In this document: positions 25,266 to 37,749 of the stretch, in pieces
How positions within the stretch are numbered: position 1 is the first letter of the stretch
How the letters are laid out: each line of letters begins with the position of its first letter
NCBI RefSeq assembly: GCF_006345805.1
Contig: NC_043013.1
Coordinates: 27,156,001-27,220,000 of the forward strand
Direction: 5' to 3'
DNA length: 64,000 nt
From: Octopus sinensis
Taxonomy: Eukaryota
The notes under the pieces: generated by a model
Databases searched by the model: none
Told to the model about the DNA's origin: nothing
What the model saw: the letters and a program-made list of their open reading frames with translations, nothing else
Position numbers and translations under genes: made by a program

Positions 25266-25680
25266 TTTTTAGATACAGTAAAGGCAAAGGAGTGGCTGTG
25301 TGGTAAGAAGTTTGCATCCCAACCACATGGTTCCAGGTTCAGTTCCACTGTGTGACATCTCGGGCAAGTGTTTTTTCTACTATAGCCACAAGCTGACCAA
25401 AGCCTTGTGAGTGGATTTGGTAGAATAGAGAGAAACTGAAAGAAGCCCATCATAAATACATATCTATGTGTGTGTATCTGTGTTTGTCCCCCATTATTCC
25501 TTTACAGCCAGTGTTGGTGTATTTACATTTCCATAACTTAGCGGTCCAGCAAAAGTGACCGATATAATAAGTACCAAACTTTAAAAAATTGAAAAAAAAA
25601 TGTACTGGAGTTGATTGATTCGACTAAAATGCTTCAAGTCAGTGCTCCAGCATGACCGCAGTCTAGTGACTGAAACAAAA
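25266..25680 (+). mobile_element. SINE-A
   Basis: Complete head, internal (TG)n, tail gactgaaacaaaacaaa. Confidence 0.8.
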
Positions 25681-26290
25681 CAAAGTAATTAATTTTGTGT
25701 GCCTCGTCAAAAAGAAAAGATAAGGGTTTCTTTGTATACAATTTACTGTTGAATGGTGTTTTTCTTTTGCTCCTGTTAAACTGTTAAATAAGTTTAACAT
25801 TTCCTGTTAACATTTTAAAATTTATAAACAGAAGTCATTATGTAAACACAATGGGGAAAAGTTCAACAGAACTAAACTCACTGTTTGTTCCTTCTCCAAA
25901 AGGGGAAAAAATGTTTGCTTAAAAAAAAAAAAGCTTCGTGCAAACATCCTGGTTTCCACCAAAAAAGAAAAAACACGAGAGAAAGGCATGAAGAAACAAC
26001 AAACAAACCCAGAAACAATCTACTCATATGGCATGAAAATAAAATGTTTAGCAGTTATTTTTTAAAGATTTTTTTGTTGTTGTTGTTGTTGTATTGTTGA
26101 TTTCCATTTGTCTGTCTGTCTATATGTGTTGGTGGTTGTTGAGTGGAGGCGGTGGGGTTGTAGTTGTTGATAGATGCGAAGATGACACAGGAATGAGGTA
26201 GAAAGGAAACTTGTAGTTCAAGCCTGTTCAGTGTATCTGATGGTTAGTGGTGAGGTGGTGCATGGTATGATGGTCAGTGGTTGATAATAA

Positions 26291-26520
26291 GGCGGCGAGC
26301 TGGCAGAAACGTTAGCATGCCGGGCGAAATGCGTAGCTGTATTTCGTCTGCCGTTACGTTCTGAGTTCAAATTCCGTCAAGGTTGACTTTGCCTTTCATC
26401 CTTTCGGGGTCGATTAAATAAGTACCAGTTATGCACTGGGGTCGATATAATCGACTTAATCCGTGTGTCTGTCCTTGTTTGTCCTCTCTGTGTTTGGCCC
26501 CCTGTGGGTAGTAAAGAAAT
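26291..26520 (+). mobile_element. SINE-B, complete, young-looking
   Basis: ggcggcgagctggcagaaacgttagc..ctgagttcaaattccg..gcctttcatcctttcggggtcgat. Confidence 0.9.
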
Positions 26521-26759
26521 AGGTTGATAATAAGGATTATAATAATGGTATTGGTTCTGGTAGTGGTAATGATGAAGAATTGGATTTTTGAGTTTTTTTA
26601 TGATATCAGGCACACACACACACACACGCACACACACATGTGTTAATCATGGAAATAAAGAAAAGTCATTAACTCTACAATGAAGTAGGTGACCAGCTTT
26701 TGGGCTAAATTTTGGAAGTTTCCATGCTTGCAGTGGTCAGATGGAATTTGCTGAAGCAA

Positions 26760-27130
26760 ATTTTCTACAGCTGGATGCCCTTCCTGTCACCAACTCTCAC
26801 CTGTTTCTAAGCAAGGTAATATGCGTCCATGATCAGATGTGTTTTTCATGGAACATTGGAAACAAACGACCTCATTTGTATGATGATGGTGCTCATTTAC
26901 ATCCATCATGTGATGTCTAAACAAGAGTATGCGTGTGCACACACACAGACACCTACCTATATATACATGATGGGCTTCGTTCAGTTTCCACCGCCCAAAT
27001 CCATTCACAAGATTTTGTGTAAGTTTGGGGCTATAGTAAAAGATACTTGCCCAAGGCGCTGTGCAGAGGGACTGAACCCATGACCACATGGTTCAGCAGC
27101 AAGCTTCTCAGCCACAACAGCCACCCCTGC
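26760..27130 (-). mobile_element. SINE-A head joined to an RTE-type tail
   Basis: SINE-A head at right; ctacagctggatgcccttcctgtcaccaac RTE tail motif at left. Confidence 0.65.
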
Positions 27131-28329
27131 ACCAACTATAGATACATATCTGTATCTATTTTTGTAATGTCTTTTGTTAAAACTGACTTACCTTCTTTCC
27201 TTAATCACTATTCTCATTGAAAATGTATTTTTAATATTAGATCTACATTTAGCCCACACTCAATAATACCATTGATTCTAACCTATTACAAAGGTCTTTA
27301 GTCTGTTGTAGACGAATCATATCAATTAACTCAAAATTAAATTTTCGAGATATTTCTTGATCATTTCCTTCATTTATTTATTTATTTATTTCTCTTTCTG
27401 CAATAAGAAACTCATTCTTTTTATTTATATATACACCTGGAATCTGGAAGTTCATCAGACAGAAATTTTATCAGGGTTTTTTTTCTTCTTTTCTTTTTCT
27501 TTCTTTCTTTATTGCTCTGAATAACCTTTTTATTTATTCATTTATTTATTAGTATTACTCAATTTCAACTATTTTGGATATTTACATATGCATTATTGGA
27601 GCAAGGAAGGATCTCCTGGGCAGCTCTAGGTTTGATGGAGTTCTTCAGCCCTGTAGTACAGATATTTTACCAACATAACATAGCAGTCCTGGTTTAGGAC
27701 TAATGTAATTTAGCCCCATTTGTGAGATTTAAAAATAGTAATTTTCTAATTTATAAATCAGTGACTAGTTGTCACTTTGAAAACTATATATTTTGAATGG
27801 GAATTTGGCAGCACCACTTCTAGCCGAACAATTATTCTGTGCTGATAAAGGAAAATAACCCAGAAATCACAATACACAGATATTGTTTTGAGCTGAGTAG
27901 GGGTGCTAGATTTCCTTGTTAGAAAATATAAGGACACTGATTGTGTTGTATAGTCAGCTGGAGATGATGTCTCCTGGGGCTAAATTACAGCAACATTAAG
28001 TCCTAAACCAAGACTGCCATGTTATGTTGGCAAACAATCTTTACTCCAAAGTACTGTTGCTGAATATCTCACGTTGTGAAATTTAAAAATAGTAATTTTC
28101 TAATACTCCAGCCCTGTAAAGCAATTCATTCAGAAGAAAGCCACTCCATTATAAACCCTACAGTTTGCCAGGCATTGCAGCTGAGCCAAAAATCAAATCT
28201 AAATAGTGGCATTGGATTGTGCAAACTGACTGACACTTTAACCATTTAGCATTCAGATTATTTATTGAAATGTAATGCTTGTTGATTCATATTCTTTTGA
28301 ATCAATCATGCATTACCTCATAGCTTTAA

Positions 28330-28551
28330 CCTTTTTGATACCAACCCGGCTGAAACCTTCTCTGGCTCTGTAGTACAAATGTCTTGTTTACAAAAGTTTT
28401 GAATTAAAATTTTCCACCAAACCTTAGTCACAGTTTATGTTCCTAACACCAGCTTAATGATAACTAAGTTATTTTACTAAATTCTTTGTTATATTTAAAA
28501 TTAATTGAAAGAAACACAGAGCATCTCAACAGAAATATGGTAACAAAAGGG
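28330..28551 (+). mobile_element. TTAA MITE family A, nested in a family B copy
   Basis: TTAA (28326-28329) CCTTTT ... AAAAGGG TTAA (28552-28555). Confidence 0.75.
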
Positions 28552-28582
28552 TTAAAATATATAATAGAGAAACAATTCTTAA

Positions 28583-28767
28583 CCCTTTTGAAACCCCACT
28601 GGCTGAAACCAGCTCTGGCTCTGTAGTGCTGGCTGAAACCACCTCTATCTTGTTTTCAAAGGTTTCGAATTAAAATCTTCCAAGTTATTTTACTAAATTC
28701 TTTGTTATATTTAAAATTAATTAAAAGAAAGACAGAGTATCTCAAAATAAATACGATAGCGAAAGGG
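28583..28767 (+). mobile_element. TTAA MITE family A, internally deleted
   Basis: TTAA-CCCTTTT ... AAAGGG-TTAT; lacks the accaaaccttagtcac segment. Confidence 0.7.
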
Positions 28768-28890
28768 TTATGGTTTAGATGATGTGACTTTATTTTTTGA
28801 ATGACCCAGTAGGGTAGGTATGAAAGGCCAGAGCTGGCCAGTTTAAATATAAAGCAAGTAAAATATTTGAGCTGGATTTGGCCAGTTTAA

Positions 28891-29104
28891 CCCTTTAACA
28901 TTCAGAATGTCAAGTGAAATGCTTCTTTATTCCCATTGAATTAATTGTTAATTATCTTAATTTTGAGATCTTAGTGATATAATTGTTTGTTTTTAGAATG
29001 ACAATGTAGGGTAGGTGTGAGAGGATGGACCTGGCCAGTTTGAACAATAAAAAAATACACAGAATATTTTGGCTAGATATGGCTGGTTTAAATCCTTAAG
29101 AGTT
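28891..29104 (+). mobile_element. TTAA MITE family B
   Basis: TTAA-CCCTTTa(g/a)cattcaga start and tagaatgacaatgtagggtaggtgtgagagg body; other copies at about 12490-12646 (-), 13890-14098 (-), 28242-28886 (+, interrupted), 29105-29310 (-) and 57761-57930 (-). Confidence 0.7.
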
Positions 29105-29561
29105 TTAAACTAACCATATCTGGCCCTATTATTCTGTGTTATGTTCAAACTGGCCAGATCTGACTTCTCATTCCTACTCTACAATGTTCTTTTAAAAATA
29201 AACAACCACATCATGGAAATCTTGAAGCTATGAGATAAATGGATGGTTAATTCAAAACAATGTGAATAATTAAGAGCATTACATTTGATAGAGTAATCTG
29301 AATGCTGACGGCCAAAAACTACTAAACACAGGCAAGAAGAGAAGCCATGTAGCACCAAGAATTGGTTTATGTAGCCACTTGAGGGCATATCATTCTGCTT
29401 CATGATCCTTAAACATGTAGAAACCGCCATTGTCATTTGAGCAAGAAATTTTGAAAATTAAATCTCCCAAACTTAAAGATAACCAATTCATTTCTGTAGA
29501 ATGTAAATAGGATTTGTTCATGAAAGACAAAAATATAGACATTTGAGTCAAAACTAGGATG

Positions 29562-29800
29562 TTGGTTTCAAATTTTGGCACAAGGCCAGCAATTTCGAAG
29601 TCGGTGGGTAAGTTGATTACATTAACCCCAGTACTCAACTGGTACTTATTTTATCAATCCCCAAAAAGAGGGTTAATAAGAATGAATGGAATGAAAGGCA
29701 AAATTCACTTCAGTGAAATTTGAACCCAGAACATAAAGATGGACAAAATACTGCTTAGCATTTTGTCCGGCGCAATAATGATTCTGCTTGTTCGACACCT
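29562..29800 (-). mobile_element. SINE-B
   Basis: Family tail, core and head on the minus strand. Confidence 0.7.
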
Positions 29801-31309
29801 TGGTCAGAACTAGAATATTAGCAATGATTATTTTATTATCTGGTGCCATATGCTCCCACCACTACTGAGATTACTGGAATTGAACTTGGGTTCCATGAAT
29901 CATCATTAATCTGAACAGTATAGTACTAAGCACCGGAGTCTGTGTATCATCACTCTAATGAATACTACCTCCTCCTCCTCTTTTTCCCCTCTTCCTTCTG
30001 TAGTACACTCTAGATGTCTGTTAGGCCCATCAAAAGTATAAAGTGAGGGGGGGGGCAACAGATACAAGGAAGAAGAGGTGAATGAAGCCTGGGAGTGGGG
30101 TAGGGGACGACTAGGAGACTTGCAAAGTCCAGTTGAGGTTCCTCTGACCAAAATGTTGACCTGGAATGAGGGTGTGGTGGGATGAGCTGGGAGTTAGCAG
30201 TAAATATACTCCCCCCCCTGCCCTACTCCAGCATCTTTGTCTTTCAGAGTATTAACATCTGACACGCTCATACTGACACCCCCCCCCCACACACACACAC
30301 ACATATGCATATACATTTTTGTGGATGGAGGAGGCCTGGGGTTTTTTTTAATTCCTGCAGCCATCAACTCCATGATGTGATTGAAAGCTTTTCAAAGTGG
30401 ACAATGTTCCTAGTGGATTTCATCAGTTTCAGAGGGATGAAGGCAGAGAAGGCGAGGTCTAAGAAGGACAATAGCTCTTCCTCTTAGATAAATAAACCAG
30501 CATAAAACAAGAACAAAACCAAAAATTGTGAAAAAAAACCCAAAATACTTATCATTTCATTCATTCTTATAACCAAGGAACTGACCAATTCTCATCAGGG
30601 TCTTTTTTTTTTTTTTCTTTTTTGGGCTTCTGGACATTGACAGCATAAAAAATATGCCAAAAAACCCAACAAAAGCAAAAGTCTTTCTAGTAATGGTGAT
30701 AGCAGTGGTGATGGTGGTTGGGGTGGTACAAGTGGTGCTGATGATGATGATGATAATAGTTTTGAAAACTGAATAAGCTTATTAGTTTCGAGATTTTATG
30801 ACATTGGAATATGGATGTTGACAGAAAAAGGAATAGGTCTGGTAAAACAAACCCACCCACCCAACATTCTTTTCAGCTGTTTCATCCCTTCCATTTGCCA
30901 TTCTCCGACAAACACACACACTTATTGTTATGTCAGTATTTAAGGCATGCTTCTAGACACCCTCTTCTATAAACTTCTGACATTATATTAGCTACTTAGA
31001 GTTTACTTCAAACTGTGAGTGCTTGTATTATTGATATATGAATGCACTTATGTGCATGTAAACAGGTTAAAGATGTGAGTGTGTGTGTGTATTAATTTTT
31101 GTGCGTGTACCTGCATCCCTGCATGCCATAAGAGGCAGCTAAAAAGTTTCACATTTGGAAAGGCATCTGGCTACAAAACCCTGCCTCAAAATTTTGTCCA
31201 AACTATACAAAGCATTGATGAGCAAAAATAATCCTTTCTACAAAGCCTCAAATTACATTGACCCCAGTGTGTGACTGGTACTTGTTTAATCGACCCTCAA
31301 AGGGTAAGT

Positions 31310-31685
31310 GCATGAGTGGTTCTGTGGTTAAGAACCTTGCTTCCCAACTGTCATGTAGTCTTGAGTTCAATATTAATGTGCAGTACCTTATGTCTTCTAT
31401 TACAGTCTCAGGGCCAATCAAACCCTTGTGAGTACATTTGGTAGGCAGTCACTGAAAGAAGTGCATTGTGTGTGTGTTGTCTCCGGCCTTGTCTAGACAT
31501 CACATTGTAGTTGTAAATGTGGTTATTTGCTTCCAAGTTTCCATGGAAACATGTCTAGTCATAGGGAAACATTATCTTACTTGGAAACAGGTTAGTAACA
31601 GGAAGACTATCCAGCTGTAAAAAATCTACCTCACCAAATTCCGTCTGACCCATCCAAGTATGAAAATCGGCATTAAATAATGACG
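31310..31685 (+). mobile_element. SINE-A head joined to an RTE-type tail
   Basis: gagtggttctgtggttaagaac head; ggaagactatccagctgtaaaaaatc..gcattaaataatgacgatgat tail. Confidence 0.65.
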
Positions 31686-31699
31686 ATGATATGCATTTA

Positions 31700-31998
31700 C
31701 ACATGGCCTTGTGGTTTGGAGTGTTGCATTCATGATCATGGCATCAAGGTTTCAATTCTCAGACTGGCTGCGTATTGTGTTCTTGATTAAAACATTCCAT
31801 TTCATGTTGCTCCAGTCCACTATAAATGAATAACCCTCTGGTGGAACAGTCTGACGGATCAGGGGAAATGTTGGCTTGTTTGCCTTTCTAGTGGGCTGGC
31901 TTGGCAAGCAGGTCAACATTTCCCCTGATCCTAAAAGGATGCAAAATGCCTTGTGATGGGTAATGTATAACAACATCTGATAGTCTGATTGATACCAT

Positions 31999-32000
<2 letters not shown>
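31700..32000 (+). mobile_element. SINE-C copy carrying internal inversions
   Basis: ggccttgtggtttggagtg..ggtttcaattc head and catgttgctccagtccact block. Confidence 0.55.
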
Positions 32001-32067
<67 letters not shown>

Positions 32068-32161
32068 ATGGTATCAATCAGACTATCAGATGTTGTTATA
32101 CATTACCCATCACAAGGCATTTTGCATCCTTTTAGGATCAGGGGAAATGTTGACCTGCTTG
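31905..32161. repeat. Perfect inverted repeat, 96-bp arms around a (TA)n centre
   Basis: 31905-32000 is the exact reverse complement of 32066-32161 (checked base by base). Confidence 0.95.
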
Positions 32162-32428
32162 TCAGTACGATTGTAACAATCGTACTGACTTTCATGGGAA
32201 ACATGTATTTTTGTGGTTGAAACCTTTTGGATTAACTAGTGCTAGAGTGAGCCATATAGTGACCACTCTCTTATATTTATTTTTGTAAAAATATTATAAT
32301 ATATTATAAAATATTATAATAATCCAGGTTTCTCGGAGCACTGGGCCACTTGGTGTTGAATGGATATACTATTAAATTAGTATCTAATTCTCTCACCCTT
32401 ATTAATTAATTATATATATATATATATA

Positions 32429-33197
32429 GGATGTAATGGGTAAACTGTCGCCATTTTATGTTTTTAATTTCACGCATGTGCATATTTTGATTTTGTTGAC
32501 TACACCGTATAGTAGGGTCAGTTGGGCACCCTCTGTGAGAAAAACAGAAATTTGGAAACAACATGCTGTACTGCTTGGTACTCACGCAAGAAACTCCAAT
32601 ATGGACATTTCAGAGTGTTTGGGTGTCAATCGGAAGACAGTGTACTGAGAGTGATAAAAATCAAACATCCAGTCAACATTATGGAATTTGGAGTGATCAC
32701 TAATGATGGCGACGTTATGTCTCCGTTCATCTTCCCACATGGCTTCACACTCAACATGGAGGCCAACATCAAGTACCTGGAGGAGGCAGTGTTGCCTTGA
32801 GTCAAGAGGGTGGCTGCTGGAAGACCCTATGTCTGACAACATGACTCTGCACCACGCTCATATGAGCAGGAGAACCCAGTCATGGCTGTCAGACAATTTC
32901 TGCAACCACATCACCCCTAATATCTGGCCACGTAACTCTCTGTACCACAACCCCCTTGATTATTATGTGTGGAGTGCGATTGAGCGAGAGACCTACAAAA
33001 TTCCTTGTAACACCAAAGATGAACTGTATGCAAGGATTATGACAGCATTCTCCACCTTAAAGAAGGAGACCATCAAGGAAAGATGCAAGAGATTCCGAAG
33101 TTGTCTGTAGGCCATGGTTGAAGCCAATGGCAATTTTATAGAATAAATTTACTCTTTAGTATTTCAAGATAGTTTTCTGTAATTTTGGTAAATATAT
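32429..33197 (+). mobile_element. Internally deleted maT/DD37D (Tc1/mariner superfamily) transposon remnant
   Basis: KHPVNIMEFGVITNDG (first D region); HDSAP..NPLDYYVW with 37 residues between D2 and D3 after one frameshift; C-terminus RFRSCL*AMVEANGNFIE*; right end cut by a SINE. Confidence 0.85.
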
Positions 33198-33573
33198 AGG
33201 CGCTGGAGTGGCTGTGTGGTAAGTAGCTTGCTTACCAACCACATGGTTCAGGGTTCAGTCCCAATGCGTGGCTCCTTGAGCAAGTGTCTTCTACTATAGC
33301 CTCGGGTTGACCAAAGCCTTGTGAGTGGATTTGGTAGACGGAAACTGAAAGAAGCCTATCGTATATATGTGTTTGTGTGTGTGATGTTTGTGTGACTGTT
33401 TGTGCCCCCCCCCCCACGTCGCTTGACAACTGATGCTGGTGTGTTTACAACCCTGTAACTTAGCGGTTCGGCAAAAAGAGACTGAAAGAATAAGTCCTGG
33501 GGTCGATTTGCTCAACTAAAGGCGATGCTCCAGCATGGCCGCAGTCAAATGACTGAAACAAGTAAAAGAGTAA
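33198..33573 (+). mobile_element. SINE-A, complete, young-looking
   Basis: aggcgctggagtggctgtgtggtaagtagc..gggttcagtccc..gactgaaacaagtaaaagagtaa. Confidence 0.9.
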
Positions 33574-33611
33574 CATATTTGTTAAAATATTTGTGTGTGT
33601 GTGCATATCTA

Positions 33612-33645
<34 letters not shown>

Positions 33646-33647
33646 CT

Positions 33648-33864
33648 TATCTTTTATTTGTTTCAGTCATTTGACTACAGCCATGCAGGGATACTGCCTT
33701 GAAGGGTTTTAGTTGAATAAATTGACCCCAGGACTTACTTTTTAAACCTAGTACTTATTCTATCAGTCTTTTTTTTTCTTTTTGCCTAACCACTAAGTAT
33801 AGGGACATAAACACACCAACACCAGTTGTCAAATGGTAGAAAGGGGACAAACCCAATCACAATG

Positions 33865-33895
<31 letters not shown>

Positions 33896-34040
33896 CACAA
33901 TGGGCTTCTTTCAGTTTCCACCTACCAAATCCACTCGGCCCAAACCTGTAGTAGGAGACACTTGCCCAAGGTGCCATGCAGTGGGACTGAACCTGGAACC
34001 ATGTGGTTGGGAAGCAAGCTTCTTACCACACAGCCACGCC
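33648..34040 (-). mobile_element. SINE-A, complete, inverted relative to 33198
   Basis: Full minus-strand copy. Confidence 0.85.
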
Positions 34041-34382
34041 TATGTATATATTTGCAAGTAACTTTATTTTTACCAAAAATATTGATCCTCAGTTTAAGAA
34101 TAAAAAACGCAAAACATAAAAGCATCCCTCAGTGGGTGTATATATGTGTATATATGTGTGTGTATATTTCTTGAGATATAGACAAGGCTCAGTGTTTTGT
34201 AATGTTTCCTACATGATGAAGAGCTTACAAGTGCATCTAGGAATAGTGGGGGCAGGGGGGGGGGCTGGCAGTCATATAATAACATTACATTATACATACC
34301 TGCTCTCGTATATTTGGGCAATGATTTGAGAATAGAGAATTGGTTGTCTATGACATTTCTATTTGGGTGGAGGGGGAAGTAG

Positions 34383-34444
<62 letters not shown>

Positions 34445-34719
34445 ACGTACACACACACACACACACACATTTGATTTATGTCTTTTTGAAGTCTTTCAAT
34501 GTCATCTGCCTTGATCTGGATCAATGCCACTAAAACAGAAAATCCTGATTGAGCTGTGTATGTATGTATGTATGTATGTATGTATACCCAGCTGGTGGAG
34601 AGAGTGTGCAAGGAGTATATGTGTATGCATATATATGTAAATATACACACACACTCAGACACAGGTACATCATCATCATCATCATCATCATTTTATCTCT
34701 GGCTTCCATGCTGACATGG

Positions 34720-35460
<741 letters not shown>

Positions 35461-36139
35461 AAATATCTGCAGGAAGTGTTGGCAGAGGAACTGTTTCAAT
35501 TAATGTAGTTGCTCCTAAAGCCTCTCCTTCCCCTTCATCCCCCCAGCTATATCTCACTCTTCCACCTCACCCTGCTTCTCGCCCTTCTCATGCACACACG
35601 CATGTGCGCACACGCTCTTTCATTTCCACACATGACAATATTTTTGAGTGTTGTGACCAGTGAAGAAAAACATTACATATAATTATCTTTCTACCGTCGT
35701 CACCATCACCACCACCACCACCACCGCCATCATCATCATCATCATCAGTATCATCTATTGATCTACTTATATCAGCTGCTCTCTACATACTCTCTTGTGA
35801 TTTTCTCACTAAAATTGTTACTAAGTCTAATGGTTGCAGCTATTTTATTTTATTTTTTGTTTCTTTTGTTGTATTTTTCTTTTCCTTTTCCTTTTTGTTG
35901 TTTTTTTCCCTCTATGTTTGTGTTTATTTTGTGTGTTTGTGCTTGTGTTTTTTTTTTTTTGCCTTTTATTCATCGTAATTCTACTGAAACTACCTGTTAT
36001 CATTATTGTTGTTGTTGTTCTTGTTGTTATTTGCTGTGTATAACAGAAATGATACAGTGTCAGTCTCTGTGCCTTGCCTTATTTAGCTACATTTCATCAC
36101 AAGCTGGTTTCAAATCCTACCAGTGTCAAATTAGTCCCA

Positions 36140-36640
36140 GCAAGCTGGTAGAATTGTTAAAATTGTTAAAATTCCAGGCAAAATGCTTCATGGCATTTCA
36201 TCCATCTTTACATTCAGAGTACAAATTCTACCACGATTGACTTTGCAAGGTTGATGGATTAAGAACCAGTTAAGTACTGGGGTCAATGTAATCGACTTGC
36301 CCCTTCCCTCAAATACTGCTGGCCCTGTGTCAAAGTTTGAAACCATTATTTCCAAGAGTAATCAAATGACCACCAACTGGAGTTCATTTAATCAACTGCA
36401 TCTGTGCACTACCCTCAAAATCTGAGGGTAGTGCACAAAAAAAAAAAATCTTTTTGCCTAGGTTTGGCTGTATTGATGAGGCATCAAATAGAATTGCTTC
36501 ACAGCATTTGTCCTGGTTGTCTAAATTCTGAGTTCAAATCCTGCTACAGTCAACTTTGCCTTCCATCCTTCCAAGATCTATAAAATAAAGTACCAATAAA
36601 AGACCGGGGTTAATATAGCAGGTGCTCTCATCCTTCCTTA
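36140..36640 (+). mobile_element. Two SINE-B copies
   Basis: 36140-36350 and 36490-36640. Confidence 0.65.
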
Positions 36641-36956
36641 TCAAATATTGAATCATTATACCATCTGCCAAAAATTATGAATGACACGAAATGCAAAAAT
36701 TCCTTATTTTGTATTCTAAAATAAATTTTTGATCACAGTTTGGAATGATGCCTCTATTGAAACCATTTCCACATTGTTGACTAATAAAGGCATGAGAGTT
36801 AACAGAAATTGCTTTACAAAGTGGGATCTGAGGAACCCTGAAATTCCGTGAAAAAATTCTGGAGTTCCACAAGACCAAGGGTCTTTAAATGAAATTAATT
36901 TACAAGTTCATTTTACAAAAAAAAAAAAATATAGTATTTACCGTTTTCAATGTAAC

Positions 36957-37325
36957 ATTATTACCTCCACCTACGCTAAGGCAGAGGTATTGTTTTCCGT
37001 TGTGTTTGTCTGTTTGTCCATGGACAAGATATCTCAAAAACCGCTGGATGGATTCAGATGAAACTTTCAGGGATGTTTGACCTCGTGACTGACATGAACT
37101 GGGTAGATTTTGCGATTGATCCAGTACTGGACAAGGATTCTGGATTATTTTTCCAGTTCTGTTACTTAATTTTTGAGAGCAGTTGGGTTCATTTTTAGTA
37201 TTCTCGTTTGTGAGAGCATTCAAGTTTATTTCAGATATTTTCAATTTAAAAATCATCTCCAGCTAATCTTTGAGAGGATGTTGATGTTGCCTTGGCGGAG
37301 GTTTGTGCTCTCTGAGTGCTCTTGT
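36957..37325 (+). mobile_element. Helentron-associated non-autonomous element (HINE/DINE-1-like)
   Basis: 5' attacctccacc subterminal IR, gtttgtctgtttgtcc tract, 3' ggcggaggt IR partner, then short hairpin gtgctc-tct-gagtgc and T-rich end. Confidence 0.65.
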
Positions 37326-37749
37326 TATATATTACTTTGTTTTGTTTTTGTTTTAAATATATATATAAATAAATTTTCCCACAAGACAATTATGGTTTTA
37401 TTTGTTTTCGTAAAATTAGGATGGCAAGGATTATCTATAAAATATTGGATTGGGCTTTGCAATTTAAGTTTCGAGAATTGTTGCTTTAGGACACTGTACA
37501 TAATGAATTATAAGGACTGATTCTACTTTTCATTCTTCCAGAATCAATAAATGGAACTAATTCCCAGACTAACCCCACCCTATTCCCATTGCTCATACAC
37601 ATATTTGGCTTTGTATTTATCATTAATCATCTAAAATCATTGATTGAAAGGGCTAAATGTCTTGTAGTACTATTTTCCTTCTACTTCCTCAGTTCAAATC
37701 TCATGTGAACATGATTGCATAGTGAACTTCTAAACCACAAAGCCATATG

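Noticed and set aside
26291-26380. tRNA genes at SINE heads
   Set aside because: A/B-box-like motifs only; no complete cloverleaf, and they continue into SINE bodies.
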